Notes: generated by a model not told the origin, from the sequence alone. A stretch of DNA of 64,000 bases from Nitrosovibrio sp. Nv4 (GCA_945906765.1 CAMDRF010000002.1:2313-66312), one strand, 5' to 3'; counted from the stretch's first letter, positions 1 to 9,414 are shown. Translations and numbers: made by a program.

Positions 1-261
1 TCGAACAACTCCTGCGTTTCGGCGACGCCGTCGCCGACGCGTTTCAGCGTCTCGACGACGGCCTCGAGCGCCTTCTTTTCCCTGCCGAGTTCCTGCGCGT
101 GCTGCTGGTTGGACCAGAGCTTGGGGTCTTCGAACTCCCGGTTCAGCGCCTGCAGGCGCTTTTCCTTGGCGTCGAAGTCAAAGATACCTCCGCAACTCGG
201 CCGACTGGGTCTGCAGTCCGGCGAGCGTCGAGGCGATCTGGTTGATGCGTTCGGCTTCCAC
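1..261 (-). CDS. prfB: peptide chain release factor 2, N-terminal part (partial at window edge, programmed +1 frameshift)
   Basis: Absent from the ORF track because it is split. GTG at 261 opens VEAERINQIASTLAGLQTQSAELRRYL, which ends at an in-frame TGA (180-178). Shifting +1 continues DFDAKEKRLQALNREFEDPKLWSNQQHAQELGREKKALEAVVETLKRV..., colinear with RF2 N-termini. Confidence 0.9.
177..191 (-). other. prfB programmed +1 frameshift site (SD-like GGAGG, then TAT CTT TGA C)
   Basis: The minus strand reads GGAGG TAT CTT TGA C. This is the classical RF2 autoregulatory slippery CUU-UGA-C context with an upstream internal Shine-Dalgarno-like element. Confidence 0.85.
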
Positions 262-271
262 GGCGCGCGAA

Positions 272-481
272 TTATACGCGCCGTCCCGTATATTCCTCGT
301 CGATCTTGTCGTCGAAAAAAGCGGTGGGGTTGGGCGCCGCCATGAAGCGGCGATAGACCTCGGGATAGACCTTCGGGTACTGGTAGACCTGCCCGTTGGA
401 CATCTCGACTTCGAGCGTCATCGATTTCTCGTCGTAGCCGACCGAGCGGAGCTTCGAAGAATTGACGCGCTTGCGCTCCAT
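272..481 (-). CDS. KTSC domain-containing protein
   Basis: 69-aa ORF. The segment VGYDEKSMTLEVEMSNGQVYQYPKVYPEVYRRFMAAPNPTAFF fits the small KTSC domain pattern. Its start abuts the stop of the upstream methyltransferase gene. Confidence 0.7.
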   Translation of the reverse strand: MERKRVNSSKLRSVGYDEKSMTLEVEMSNGQVYQYPKVYPEVYRRFMAAPNPTAFFDDKIDEEYTGRRV

Positions 482-1324
482 TTACTTTGTCGCGGCGGCG
501 CTCCAGGCGGCTTTCGAGCCGCCGCCGTCCACCGAGCCCTCGATGGCCTGGCCTTTGACGATGCCGGTGAAATCGTAGGGCTTGCCGCCGATGGCGAGCT
601 TGAAAGTGAGGCGTTCGCCCCTCAGCCTTGCGTCTTCCAGCGGCACGTCCTTGCCGCCGACGCGCGCGCTGCCCGAGATGCGGGTGATCTGCTGCTTCAG
701 GCTGAAACGAACCGGCTCCTTGCTCAGGTTAGCCGGCAGCCTTGCGCTCCAGGCGCCTTCGGCCTTCGCCGGGACCACATACAGGTAGATCAGCGTCGTG
801 CTGACGCCGGTGATGGCTACCTTGTCCTCAAGGTCGAACTGCCGGTACTGCTCCGGTATCCAGCCCGACAACGGATAGTCGTGCGACAGGATGCGGGTGC
901 CCGGATTGAGTTCGGAGAGCAGCTTGTCCTTGAGCATGTTCACCGTGTTCGGCAGCAGATACATGGTAAGCACGGTGGCCTTGCGGATGTCGGTCTTGAA
1001 CAGATCCTGGATCGTGAAGCTCGCGCGGTCGGCGACGCCCTGGAGCTTGGCCGATTCGTTGGATTCCTTGACCAGTTTCTCGTTGATGTCCACGCCGAAG
1101 CCGCGCGCGCCGAACACCTTGGCGGCGGTGAGCACGATGCGCCCGTCGCCCGAGCCCAGGTCGATGACGAAATCCTTCGGCCCCACTTCGGCGAGCGTCA
1201 GCATGTCGGCCACCACGCTGGAGGGCGAGGGTACGTAGGGGCCGGCGTTGACCGGCGCCTTGTCGAGCGCTTGCGTTGCAAAGGAAACGAAAGCGGCCGA
1301 GAGGAAAAAAAGGGCGTAACGCAT
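482..1324 (-). CDS. class I SAM-dependent methyltransferase with signal-like N-terminus
   Basis: 280-aa ORF. Hydrophobic N-terminus MRYALFFLSAAFVSFATQA and SAM-binding motif I VIDLGSGDGRIV. Confidence 0.75.
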   Translation of the reverse strand: MRYALFFLSAAFVSFATQALDKAPVNAGPYVPSPSSVVADMLTLAEVGPKDFVIDLGSGDGRIVLTAAKVFGARGFGVDINEKLVKESNESAKLQGVADRASFTIQDLFKTDIRKATVLTMYLLPNTVNMLKDKLLSELNPGTRILSHDYPLSGWIPEQYRQFDLEDKVAITGVSTTLIYLYVVPAKAEGAWSARLPANLSKEPVRFSLKQQITRISGSARVGGKDVPLEDARLRGERLTFKLAIGGKPYDFTGIVKGQAIEGSVDGGGSKAAWSAAATK

Positions 1325-1376
1325 GGCAGCGACTGTATCGCAGAATCCCGGCCGAGGAAAGACTGCGGAGCGCCGG

Positions 1377-3086
1377 CTAACGCGGCGCCGCGGGCTCGAC
1401 GTTTTCGAGCGTCAGTTGCGGCCGCCTCAGGCCATTGAATTCGTTCACGCTCACGCGGTAGGCGGCGCGAATTCGGCCGTGAAGCGGGCCAGTGCGCGCC
1501 TCGAGCGCGTTGAACCACATCGCCTCCAGCCGTTGCCCGTCTTTCAGCAACCGCAGCTTGAGGTGTCGTTCGCCGACCACGCGCTGGTCCTGCACCGTGA
1601 AGGTGTCGCAGAACAGCGGCGGCGGAAATCCCTGGCCCCAGATCTGCGCTTCCAGCATCTGCGCCACTTCGAGCGAGTGGTAGGCGCTTTCCAGTTCACC
1701 GTCGGTCTCGACGACGCGCAGGCGTGCTGCATCTGGAAGTAGTTCTGCTGCCGTTGTTTCAAATAGATCCTGAAAAAGACCCAAATCCGACTCCCGGATG
1801 GTGAGTCCTGCTGCCTGAGCATGGCCGCCGAAGCGCAGGATCAATCCTGGCGCGCGTTTGGACACGAGATCGAGCGCATCGCGCAGATGAAACCCCGGAA
1901 TCGAACGGCCCGAGCCGCGCAGTTCACTTGAATTTGATCTTGCAAAACAAACGACAGGCCGGTGAATGCGTTCCCTCACGCGGGATGCAATCAGGCCGAC
2001 GACGCCCTGATGCCAGCCCGGCTGGAACATCGTCATCGTCGCCCCCGGCGGCTCGGCCAGTCCCTCAAGCGCAGCGCTCGCTTCGTCCAGCATCTCGCCT
2101 TCGATCTTGCGCCGCTCGCGGTTCAGGCGGTCGAGTTGCTGCGCGCAATTCGCGGCGCGGGCTTCGTCATCCGTGATCAGGCATTCGATGCCCAGGCCCA
2201 TGTCGGCGAGCCGGCCGGCGGCATTCAGCCGGGGTCCGAGTATGAAGCCGAGGTCGAAGCAGTTGGCCCGTGCCGCCTCGCGCCCGCCGGCGCGCGCCAG
2301 CGCGGTGAGGCCCGCCTTGCCGGTGCCTGCGCGCAGGCGCTTGAGTCCCTGTGCGACGAGTATCCGGTTGTTCGCGTCGAGCGGTACCACGTCGGCGACG
2401 GTGCCCAGCGCGACGAGGTCGGTCAGTGCGGCAAGATTGGGTTCTTGCCTGTCCTTGAAAACGCCCCTTTGCCGAAGTTCCGCGCGCAAAGACAACATCA
2501 CATAGAACATCACGCCGACGCCGGCGATCGCCTTGGACGGAAACCTGCAGCCCGGCTGGTTCGGGTTGACGATGCATTCGGCTTCCGGCAGGGTGTCGCC
2601 GGGCAGGTGGTGATCGGTGACCAGCGTCCCGATGCCGAGGCGCTTGGCGTGCGCCACGCCCTCGACGCTGGCGATGCCGTTGTCCACGGTAATCAGCAGG
2701 TCCGGCGCCAGCCTGGCGGCAATGTCCACCAGCTCCGGCGTCAGGCCGTAACCGAGCTCCATCCGGTTGGGCACCAGGTACTCAACCCGTGCGCCGAAGC
2801 CCCGCAGCGCCCGCACGCCCACCGCGCAGGCGGTGGCGCCGTCGGCGTCGTAGTCGGCGACGATGAGAAGTTTTTTCTGCTGCGCGATGGCATCGGCAAG
2901 CAGGCGTGCGGCGCGGTCGGCGTTGGTCAGGTCGGCGGGCGGAATCAGGCGCGAGAAATCCTGCTCCAGCTGGTCCTTGGAGCCGATGTGGCGCGCGGCG
3001 AACAGCCGGGCAAGCAGCGGATGCACGCCGGATTCGACGAGCCGGCTGCGGTCCGCCTCGGCATAGCGGCGTGTGACGATCTTCAA
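1377..3086 (-). CDS. recJ: single-stranded-DNA-specific exonuclease RecJ
   Basis: ORF 1377..3365 trimmed to TTG 3086 (MKIVTRRYAE..), about 569 aa. DHH-family motifs LIVADYDADGATA and LVTDHHLPG. The TTGA start/stop overlap with the upstream gene supports this start. Confidence 0.9.
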   Translation of the reverse strand: MKIVTRRYAEADRSRLVESGVHPLLARLFAARHIGSKDQLEQDFSRLIPPADLTNADRAARLLADAIAQQKKLLIVADYDADGATACAVGVRALRGFGARVEYLVPNRMELGYGLTPELVDIAARLAPDLLITVDNGIASVEGVAHAKRLGIGTLVTDHHLPGDTLPEAECIVNPNQPGCRFPSKAIAGVGVMFYVMLSLRAELRQRGVFKDRQEPNLAALTDLVALGTVADVVPLDANNRILVAQGLKRLRAGTGKAGLTALARAGGREAARANCFDLGFILGPRLNAAGRLADMGLGIECLITDDEARAANCAQQLDRLNRERRKIEGEMLDEASAALEGLAEPPGATMTMFQPGWHQGVVGLIASRVRERIHRPVVCFARSNSSELRGSGRSIPGFHLRDALDLVSKRAPGLILRFGGHAQAAGLTIRESDLGLFQDLFETTAAELLPDAARLRVVETDGELESAYHSLEVAQMLEAQIWGQGFPPPLFCDTFTVQDQRVVGERHLKLRLLKDGQRLEAMWFNALEARTGPLHGRIRAAYRVSVNEFNGLRRPQLTLENVEPAAPR

Positions 3087-4096
3087 ATGCCTGACTTTCC
3101 GTAGTTTGCGAGCGGCCGTGGCCGGCGCCAGAAACGGCGCAAGTCGCCGCGCGCTGTCTCGAAGGACGCGGCGGCGTCGGGAACGTGGATGGTCAGCATG
3201 CCGATGCGCCCCGATTTCAGCGCCGCGAGCAGCGGTGCGAACCATTGCGATTCCAGGTCCTGCAGCCGCCTCGCCAGCGCTTCGAAATCGCCCAGTGCAC
3301 GCACGCCGCGCAAGCCGTCGAGCACCAAGAGATGCCGCCCGTCTTCGGGCGCTCGCCCGAGCCAATCCGCGGCGCCGGCGCCCGGTGTCCGGTGGCGCAT
3401 TCCCGCAAGGCGTGCGAGGCCGATGGCGACCGGATCATCGGCGCTCACGGATTGCCAGGGGCCGCTCGCCGCGGCCGGCAGCTTTCCCGCGCCCCAGAGC
3501 CAGACGCTGTTGACCACCGGGTCGCCGCGCTGCTCGCGCGCCGTATTTGCCGGGTGTTCATACAGCGCCATCTGCAGTTCGGTGAGCAGGGGATGCCACT
3601 GTTTTGGCGGCAGATGCGGGTCGATGTTCTCGCCAGCGAGATCGACGGGAGGTTTCGCGCTGGCTTCGCTTTGCCCGTCAGCTTCGATCCGCAGGCACCA
3701 CTGATCGGGCCGCACCGCGTGCAGCGCAAATTTTCCGGCAAGCCATGGGGTCAACGCAGCCGCCAGGCTTTCCGCTTCCGCGGCCGTGACCGAAAACGCC
3801 TGGTTGGGCATCAGCAGCAGGCGGTCGCGGTCCGCGCGCAGGTGTACCGGGTCGGCACGCAGCCAGGGATCCGTGCCCGGGTCCAGGCCGTGCGCGTAGG
3901 CGGTGAGCGCGCCTGCGGGAATGGAAAGATCCTCAGCGTCGAACCCGTGCAAACCGAACGCCCGGCAAAGCCAGTTTTCCAGGCCGCCTTCCGGGCCGTT
4001 GGTCCGGCGGCTGCGCGCCAGCAACATCTCCAGCGCCGGCGCCGGCGGCAGGTCCTGCGCCGGGATCAGCGCCGGAACGACGAGTTCGAGATGCAT
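3083..4096 (-). CDS. conserved hypothetical protein (recalled as RpfE-type, a family often found next to recJ)
   Basis: ORF 3083..4522 trimmed to ATG 4096 (MHLELVVPALIPAQDLPP..), 337 aa. It is coupled to both neighbours: a TGATG overlap upstream and a TTGA overlap with recJ. The family name comes from memory only. Confidence 0.6.
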   Translation of the reverse strand: MHLELVVPALIPAQDLPPAPALEMLLARSRRTNGPEGGLENWLCRAFGLHGFDAEDLSIPAGALTAYAHGLDPGTDPWLRADPVHLRADRDRLLLMPNQAFSVTAAEAESLAAALTPWLAGKFALHAVRPDQWCLRIEADGQSEASAKPPVDLAGENIDPHLPPKQWHPLLTELQMALYEHPANTAREQRGDPVVNSVWLWGAGKLPAAASGPWQSVSADDPVAIGLARLAGMRHRTPGAGAADWLGRAPEDGRHLLVLDGLRGVRALGDFEALARRLQDLESQWFAPLLAALKSGRIGMLTIHVPDAAASFETARGDLRRFWRRPRPLANYGKSGI

Positions 4097-5535
4097 CAGT
4101 GGCGGACCGGTGGAATCCGCGCGCCCAGCTCGACCACCTTCGCGCGTCCTGATGAAAGGTGGCGCGCAAGAATTTTGTAGTGATCGAGGTCGAAGCGCGG
4201 CCGGATTTGTCCCTGGAGCAGTTCGCCGACGCCGTCTTCCGATTTCGCCGTACCGAGCAGGCACCAGTTGTCCACCACGTGCACTTCGGCGGCTTCCCGC
4301 TCGCGGTCTTCCTCGATGATGCCGATCGGCCCCCGCCAGGGCCAGGCGGCGGTTTTCAGGCCGGCCAGCGCCGCTGCGGCGCGCGCCAGATGGACCTGTG
4401 CGCTCTCCTGCCCGGCGCAGGCTCCGGCGCAGCGCTTGATCTGGTGGCGGAAACAGGCGCCGGGTTGGCCACTGCGGCCCCCCCGGTCGGAGAGATGCGC
4501 GAAGCCGAGCGTGCGCAGGCACAGGCGGTGCTCGTCCGCGACGCCGCGCAGGGCATCCATGGCGGATCGCTTCGAGCGGAACACGCCGCAGAGGCGCGAA
4601 ATAGTTGCCGAATTTATTTCCTCTTTTTTAACGAGTTTCAATTTATCCGAATCAAATACAAATCCACACAGGCCGCTCGCGCGCCTGAGCTGCCGGTTGA
4701 ACACGGGCAGCAGTTCCTTCACCAGCGCCGCTTCCAGCAGCAGCGCGCCCAGCTCGCCGCAGCTGCGCCGCCACTCGATGCGCCGGATCTCGCGCGCGAT
4801 CTGCGCCTCGCGCGGGGAGTGCACGTCGGCGGAGAAATGCTGCAACACGCGGCTGCGCATGGCGACGCTCTTGCCGACATAGAGCGGCGTGTCGTTCTCG
4901 CCGTAGAAAAGATAGACACCGGGCGATTCCGGGATCGCGTCGACGACTGTGCGGTCGATATGGGCGGGCAGCGCCGGCAACTGCGCCATCTGCCGTACCG
5001 CGCTTGCCATCGCCTCGGCGCCGTGCTCCTCGGTTGCCACGCGCAGGAACTGCCATACCGCCCTCGCATCGCCAAGCGCGCGGTGGCGCGAGTCGCAACG
5101 CAGTTGATGGCGGTCGATCAAGCTGTCCAGGTTGTGCCGCGCGTGTGCCGGATACAGGCGCCGCGACAGCTTTACCGTGCACAGCGTGCGTGCCTGGAAG
5201 CGCATCCCGGCGCGCTCGAAAGCGTGGCGCAGGAAGCCATAGTCGAAGCGCGCGTTGTGGGCGACGAAGATGCGCCCCTCGAGGCGTTCGTAGAGTCCCG
5301 GCGCGAGGTCTTCGAATTCCGGCGCGCCGGCCACCATCGCATTGGTGATGCCGGTGAGCGCCTGGATCGCGGGCGGGATCGAGGTGCCCGGATTCACCAG
5401 CGTGGACCATTCGGACAGCACCTCGCCCTGCGCAATCTCCAGCACCGCGATTTCGGTGACGCGATCCCAGGCAGGGTGCGCGCCGGTGGTCTCCAGGTCG
5501 ACGATCGCGAGCGGCGCGTCGAACAGCGGCTTCAC
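4096..5535 (-). CDS. DnaQ-like 3'-5' exonuclease fused to a GIY-YIG (Cho/UvrC-N-like) nuclease domain
   Basis: 479 aa. Exo motifs are LAIVDLETTG, VAHNARFDYGFL and HRALGDA. These are followed by GVYLFYGENDTPLYVGKS....R (GIY-YIG). Confidence 0.85.
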   Translation of the reverse strand: MKPLFDAPLAIVDLETTGAHPAWDRVTEIAVLEIAQGEVLSEWSTLVNPGTSIPPAIQALTGITNAMVAGAPEFEDLAPGLYERLEGRIFVAHNARFDYGFLRHAFERAGMRFQARTLCTVKLSRRLYPAHARHNLDSLIDRHQLRCDSRHRALGDARAVWQFLRVATEEHGAEAMASAVRQMAQLPALPAHIDRTVVDAIPESPGVYLFYGENDTPLYVGKSVAMRSRVLQHFSADVHSPREAQIAREIRRIEWRRSCGELGALLLEAALVKELLPVFNRQLRRASGLCGFVFDSDKLKLVKKEEINSATISRLCGVFRSKRSAMDALRGVADEHRLCLRTLGFAHLSDRGGRSGQPGACFRHQIKRCAGACAGQESAQVHLARAAAALAGLKTAAWPWRGPIGIIEEDREREAAEVHVVDNWCLLGTAKSEDGVGELLQGQIRPRFDLDHYKILARHLSSGRAKVVELGARIPPVRH

Positions 5536-5568
5536 GTCGCTTGATGGATATACATACAGTGGCGGACT

Positions 5569-6027
5569 CTACCGCAAAACCGTGGCGAGTTGCCAGAGCG
5601 CGAAGCCGAAGAGCGATTCGAGCGCCCTTTCTTCCGCAACGATCTGGAAGCGGTTCATGTAGCCGGCGAAAAAAAACAGCGCCGCGAGAGACAGAAGATT
5701 GGAAAGAAATATGCCCCAGCCGAGCAGCGCGAGCGCGAATCCGAGGTACATCGGGTTGCGCGTCAGGCCGTAGATGCCTCCGTCCACCAGCGAGGACGCG
5801 GCGCGGGGCTTGAGCGGATTCAGCGTGGTTCGCGCGCGGCGGAACTCGACAACGCCCGCGACAGTGGCCAGCGCGCCGATCAGCGCCGAGAGCACTGCCG
5901 CGGGCGTGCGGCCGGGGAGCGCCATATCCAGAGACGGAAGCGCCCACGCGATGGCCCACATCAGGCAGGCCGCGACGGCGACCACGATGACGGGGGGAAC
6001 CTTGAGTTCAAGCGACGAAAAATTCAT
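5569..6027 (-). CDS. isoprenylcysteine carboxyl methyltransferase (ICMT/PEMT-like) membrane protein
   Basis: 152 aa and multi-TM. The segment GIYGLTRNPMYLGFALALLGWG is typical of the ICMT/phospholipid methyltransferase family. Confidence 0.75.
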   Translation of the reverse strand: MNFSSLELKVPPVIVVAVAACLMWAIAWALPSLDMALPGRTPAAVLSALIGALATVAGVVEFRRARTTLNPLKPRAASSLVDGGIYGLTRNPMYLGFALALLGWGIFLSNLLSLAALFFFAGYMNRFQIVAEERALESLFGFALWQLATVLR

Positions 6028-6036
6028 GCCCCGATT

Positions 6037-6475
6037 TTATAGGGCGGCGATGATCCAGCCTTCGCAAAGGCAAACATCCGCAGGGATGCCAAAGCGTGGT
6101 TTTCTAGATGCCCAAGCGGCTTGGGTTGCGCAAAGAATTGCGTCCAGGATGTCCCCGGTTCCGTCCAGCAAGGCGCGGTCTCCAATTGCTTTCGATATCT
6201 GAACCGCTACGCCAAGAGACCTGGATAAGCTTCGAGAGCGATCTTGCCGGAAGCGGTTTCGTTCAGCAGTGGAATGCGAATGCCGTGAGAAAGCAGGCGC
6301 CAGGCTCCTTCATAGAACATTCTCCCGACGGGCGGGTTGGTATTTGTCTTGAGAGGGCTGTGCGATCCTGCCCTAAGGTCGGTACGACGGTGCTTGTCTT
6401 CTGGTGCCTTCGCCGCCATGAAGGCGCTCATCCCCGACTGAACCGTGCACGCGAGCTTTCCTCTCAGTTACCACC
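6037..6475 (-). pseudogene. DUF429 protein, middle and C-terminal fragments (frameshifted)
   Basis: The frame of ORF 6207..6431 gives ..EDKHRRTDLRAGSHSPLKTNTNPPVGRMFYEGAWRLL..KIALEAYPG. After the stop at 6207 a different frame continues ..GDILDAILCATQAAWASRKPRFGIPADVCLCEGWIIAAL*, ending at 6037. There is no N-terminus here. Confidence 0.6.
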
Positions 6476-6738
6476 CCGACATCGCCTGAAGCCGCCCGCG
6501 AGGAGGGCGGTCGTTTTCGCATGCGCCCGCGCTTGCGCGGGATTCCCACGCCGATTCCTTACCGCCAGGGGCGGGCGGCGCGGATAAATTTGCCCATCGC
6601 TCGGCGGAACTCGCGGCCAGCAGGAGAATCAGCCATGCGATGACCGATCCGGGGATGGCGTAGTATATCGGTTCACATTGTAAAATTTAGCGTGCCCGCC
6701 CCTATCCGATCGCGCCGCACAATCATCAGGGTTCCCGA

Positions 6739-7455
6739 ATGATCCGAACCGGTACGCTGGAAAAGGCGCGCGCCGAGCGCCGCCATCACATCCTTCCCAA
6801 CGGCACCGGGTACTGGCGCAACGGTTTGATCGCATCGCCGCCGGAGGACGCCGTCGCCCCGCAAGCCTTCCTGGTGGAGCAGGACCCCGGCACCGTGATC
6901 GAGCCGCATTTCCACCTGGAAAACGAATTCCAGGTGATGGTCGGCGGCAGCGGCTCGCTCGGACGGCATTGCGTCGAGCCCGTCAGCGTCCACTACGCCG
7001 GCGCGCATACCGGTTACGGGCCGATCACGGCGGGAAGCGACGGACTGTCCTACTTCACCCTGCGGGCACGGATGGACTCCGGCGCCCAGTTCCTGCCCGG
7101 CGCGCGCGACAAGATGCAACGAGTGCCCAAGCGGCATCTCCTCGGTCATGCCGTCCGTCCCTGCGAAGCGTCCGACCTGGCCGCGCGGCGCGAATCCGAA
7201 GTCGTCACGGTTCTCGAACCCGAGGCCGGCGGGATGGCCGCATGGATGCTCCGGCTTTCCGCCGGCGGCACCGCCGCCGCGCCGGTGCACCCGGGCGGCG
7301 GCCGCTTTCTGCTGGTCATCGGCGGCGTGCTGGAGCTGAACGGCGAGCGGCTGCCGCGGCTCTCGACGGTGTTCGTCTCCGCCGAATCGCCTGCGCCGCA
7401 GCTGCGCGCGGGCAACGAAGGCTTGGAGGTGCTGGTGCTGCAATTTCCGTCGTGA
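6739..7455 (+). CDS. cupin-fold protein, function unknown
   Basis: 238 aa. The metal-site-like stretch EPHFHLENEFQVMVGGSG suggests a cupin barrel. GTGA overlap with the next gene. Confidence 0.6.
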   Translation: MIRTGTLEKARAERRHHILPNGTGYWRNGLIASPPEDAVAPQAFLVEQDPGTVIEPHFHLENEFQVMVGGSGSLGRHCVEPVSVHYAGAHTGYGPITAGSDGLSYFTLRARMDSGAQFLPGARDKMQRVPKRHLLGHAVRPCEASDLAARRESEVVTVLEPEAGGMAAWMLRLSAGGTAAAPVHPGGGRFLLVIGGVLELNGERLPRLSTVFVSAESPAPQLRAGNEGLEVLVLQFPS

Positions 7456-8417
7456 GATCGATTTTCTTCCTGGCGGCATGCGCGTTCGCTGGACTGGCGC
7501 TCGCCCAGCCCGCCGCTCTTCCCGCATATCCCGCAAAGCCGCTCCGGATGATCGTCCCTTTCCCGCCGGGCGGCGTGACCGACGTCATGTCGCGCGCCGT
7601 GGCGGCCCGGCTTTCGGGCGAGATCGGCCAGCCCGTGGTCGTGGAAAACCGCGCCGGGGCCAGCGGAATCATCGGGGCCGAAGCGGCCGCGAAGTCGCCC
7701 CCTGACGGCTACACCCTCCTGATGGGCAACATCTCTACGCTCGCGGTCAACGCGGCCATGTTTGCGAAGCTGCCCTATGATCCCGTCGCAAGCTTCGCGC
7801 CGGTCAGCATGGTCGCCATCCAACCCCTGCTCGTCGCGGTGCATCCGTCGGCGCCGGTGCAGTCGATCCCCGAGCTCGTCAGCATGGCGAAATCAAAGCC
7901 GGGCCAGCTTTCCTACGGCACCGCCGGCAGCTCGATTCATCTCGCGGTGGAGTTCTTTTCCAGCGCCGCCGGCATCCGCATGAACCACGTGCCCTACAAG
8001 GGAAGCGCGCCCGCCATCACCGACCTGATCGGCGGCCAGCTGCAGGTTTTGTTCGACCCGTTTTCGACGCTCTACCCGCAGGTGCGTGCGGGTAAGGCGC
8101 GCGGCCTGGCGGTCACGACGGAGCGCCGCTCCCCGGTGGCGCCCGAACTGCCGACCGTCTCGGAGCTCGGGTTCAAGGGCTTCGACGTCAGCTCATGGCA
8201 GGGGCTGGTCGTTCCGGCCGCAACGCCGAAGGAACTCGTGGAGAGGCTGCACCGCGAGACCGTCAAGGTTCTGGCGTCTGCGGAAATCAAGGAGCAGTTC
8301 GCGAAGCATGGCGCCGAAGCCGCGCCGACGACGCCGGAGAAGTTCGGCGAATACATCCGCGGGGAAATCGCCCGCTGGCAGAAGGTCGCGCGCGATGCCG
8401 GCGTAAAACCTGAGTAA
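7452..8417 (+). CDS. Bug/TctC-family tripartite tricarboxylate transporter substrate-binding protein
   Basis: ORF 6969..8417 trimmed to GTG 7452 (signal peptide VRSIFFLAACAFAGLALAQP). Family hallmarks PLRMIVPFPPGGVTD, ENRAGASG and YGTAGSSIHL. Confidence 0.85.
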   Translation: MRSIFFLAACAFAGLALAQPAALPAYPAKPLRMIVPFPPGGVTDVMSRAVAARLSGEIGQPVVVENRAGASGIIGAEAAAKSPPDGYTLLMGNISTLAVNAAMFAKLPYDPVASFAPVSMVAIQPLLVAVHPSAPVQSIPELVSMAKSKPGQLSYGTAGSSIHLAVEFFSSAAGIRMNHVPYKGSAPAITDLIGGQLQVLFDPFSTLYPQVRAGKARGLAVTTERRSPVAPELPTVSELGFKGFDVSSWQGLVVPAATPKELVERLHRETVKVLASAEIKEQFAKHGAEAAPTTPEKFGEYIRGEIARWQKVARDAGVKPE

Positions 8418-8444
8418 GCAATTGCGCAAACAGGAGGAATAATC

Positions 8445-9413
8445 ATGAGAGTTGTTGCCGCATTCATTGCCTTCGCGTGCATGGTATCGGGCGCGCCCGC
8501 CGCGCTCGCGCAGGCCTTTCCGTCGAAGCCCGTTCGAGTCATCGTGCCCGCGCCGCCGGGCAGCGCGCCCGACTTTCTGTCGCGGCTGCTCGCACCGAAG
8601 CTGGGCGACATGTGGGGGCAGCCGCTCGTCATCGACAACGTGCTGGGCGCCGGCGGCAACATCGGCACCGAGCGCGCCGCCAAGGCACCGGCGGACGGCT
8701 ATACGCTGCTCTTCAACACGATCGGCCCGATCGGCGTGAACATCAGCATGTATTCCAATCTATCCTTCGATCCGGTCAAGGACTTCGCGCCGATCACGCT
8801 GGTTGCCAAAGTGCCCAACATCCTGGTCGTCCATCCGAGCGTTCCGGTGAAGAGCGTCCAGGAGCTGATCGCCTACGCCAGGCAGAACCCCGGCAAGCTG
8901 CGCTACGGCTCACCCGGCAGCGGCACCTCGAACCACTTGTCCGCCGAGCTGCTGAAGCTCATGGCAGGCATCGACCTTCTGCACATCCCCTACAAGTCGA
9001 GCGCGCAAATGACGACCGACATCCTCGGCGGCCAGGTGGAGGTGGTGTTCCACAACGCGCCGGTGCTGCTACCGCACGTGAAGTCGGGCGCGTTGCGCGG
9101 CCTGGGCATCACCAGCGCGACGCGCAATGCGTCCGCGCCCGAGCTCCCGTCGATCGCCGAAGCCGGCGTGCCCGGCTTCGAAGTCACCGCATGGTTCGGG
9201 TTCATGGCCCCAGCCAACACCCCGCCGGCCGTGGTGAACAAGATCCACGCCGACGTGGTGAAAGCGATGGCGCTCCCCGACGTGCGGGAGCGCATGCTCC
9301 TTCAGGCGGCCGAGCCGGTGGGCAGCACGCCGCAGGAGTACGCGGCCTTCATCGCCTCCGAGATCGTCAAGTGGGCAAAGGTCGTGAAGCAGTCCGGCGC
9401 GAAAGTCGAATGA
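8445..9413 (+). CDS. Bug/TctC-family substrate-binding protein (second paralog)
   Basis: 322 aa with SD AGGAGG upstream. Signal peptide, then PVRVIVPAPPGSAPD, DNVLGAGG and YGSPGSGTSNHL. Confidence 0.85.
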   Translation: MRVVAAFIAFACMVSGAPAALAQAFPSKPVRVIVPAPPGSAPDFLSRLLAPKLGDMWGQPLVIDNVLGAGGNIGTERAAKAPADGYTLLFNTIGPIGVNISMYSNLSFDPVKDFAPITLVAKVPNILVVHPSVPVKSVQELIAYARQNPGKLRYGSPGSGTSNHLSAELLKLMAGIDLLHIPYKSSAQMTTDILGGQVEVVFHNAPVLLPHVKSGALRGLGITSATRNASAPELPSIAEAGVPGFEVTAWFGFMAPANTPPAVVNKIHADVVKAMALPDVRERMLLQAAEPVGSTPQEYAAFIASEIVKWAKVVKQSGAKVE

Positions 9414-9414
9414 T

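Noticed and set aside
242-1438. 398-aa plus-strand ORF, and many similar long ORFs (1962..3104+, 9571..10713+, 18765..20354-, 21885..23180-, 33964..34998+, 61822..63915-)
   Set aside because: They lie antisense to genes with clear family motifs. Their products are Arg/Ala/Gly/Pro-rich low-complexity sequences typical of shadow ORFs in high-GC DNA. None has recognisable motifs.
4590-4660. AT-rich patches of about 70 bp inside GC-rich genes (also lolD about 16000-16100, relA about 57950-58020 and 58975-59030, thrS about 62395-62460), considered as possible small insertions or embedded elements
   Set aside because: The reading frames and family colinearity continue through them. They encode Lys/Glu/Asn-rich linker or surface segments. 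Only the patch in the cobW-like gene coincides with missing motifs, and that one is reported separately.
6497-6525. Plus-strand terminator-like hairpin CCGCCC-gcgagga-GGGCGG followed by TCGTTTT
   Set aside because: No plus-strand gene lies upstream for it to terminate. It may be a relic carried in with the inserted DNA, which is not enough to annotate it.
6517-6550. GC hairpin GCGCCCGCGCTTGCGCGGGATTCCCAC, loosely resembling the reverse complement of the I-E-like repeat at 16956
   Set aside because: The alignment needs several indels and the tail motif is not conserved. I treat it as a generic GC-rich hairpin near the insertion edge, not a second CRISPR repeat.
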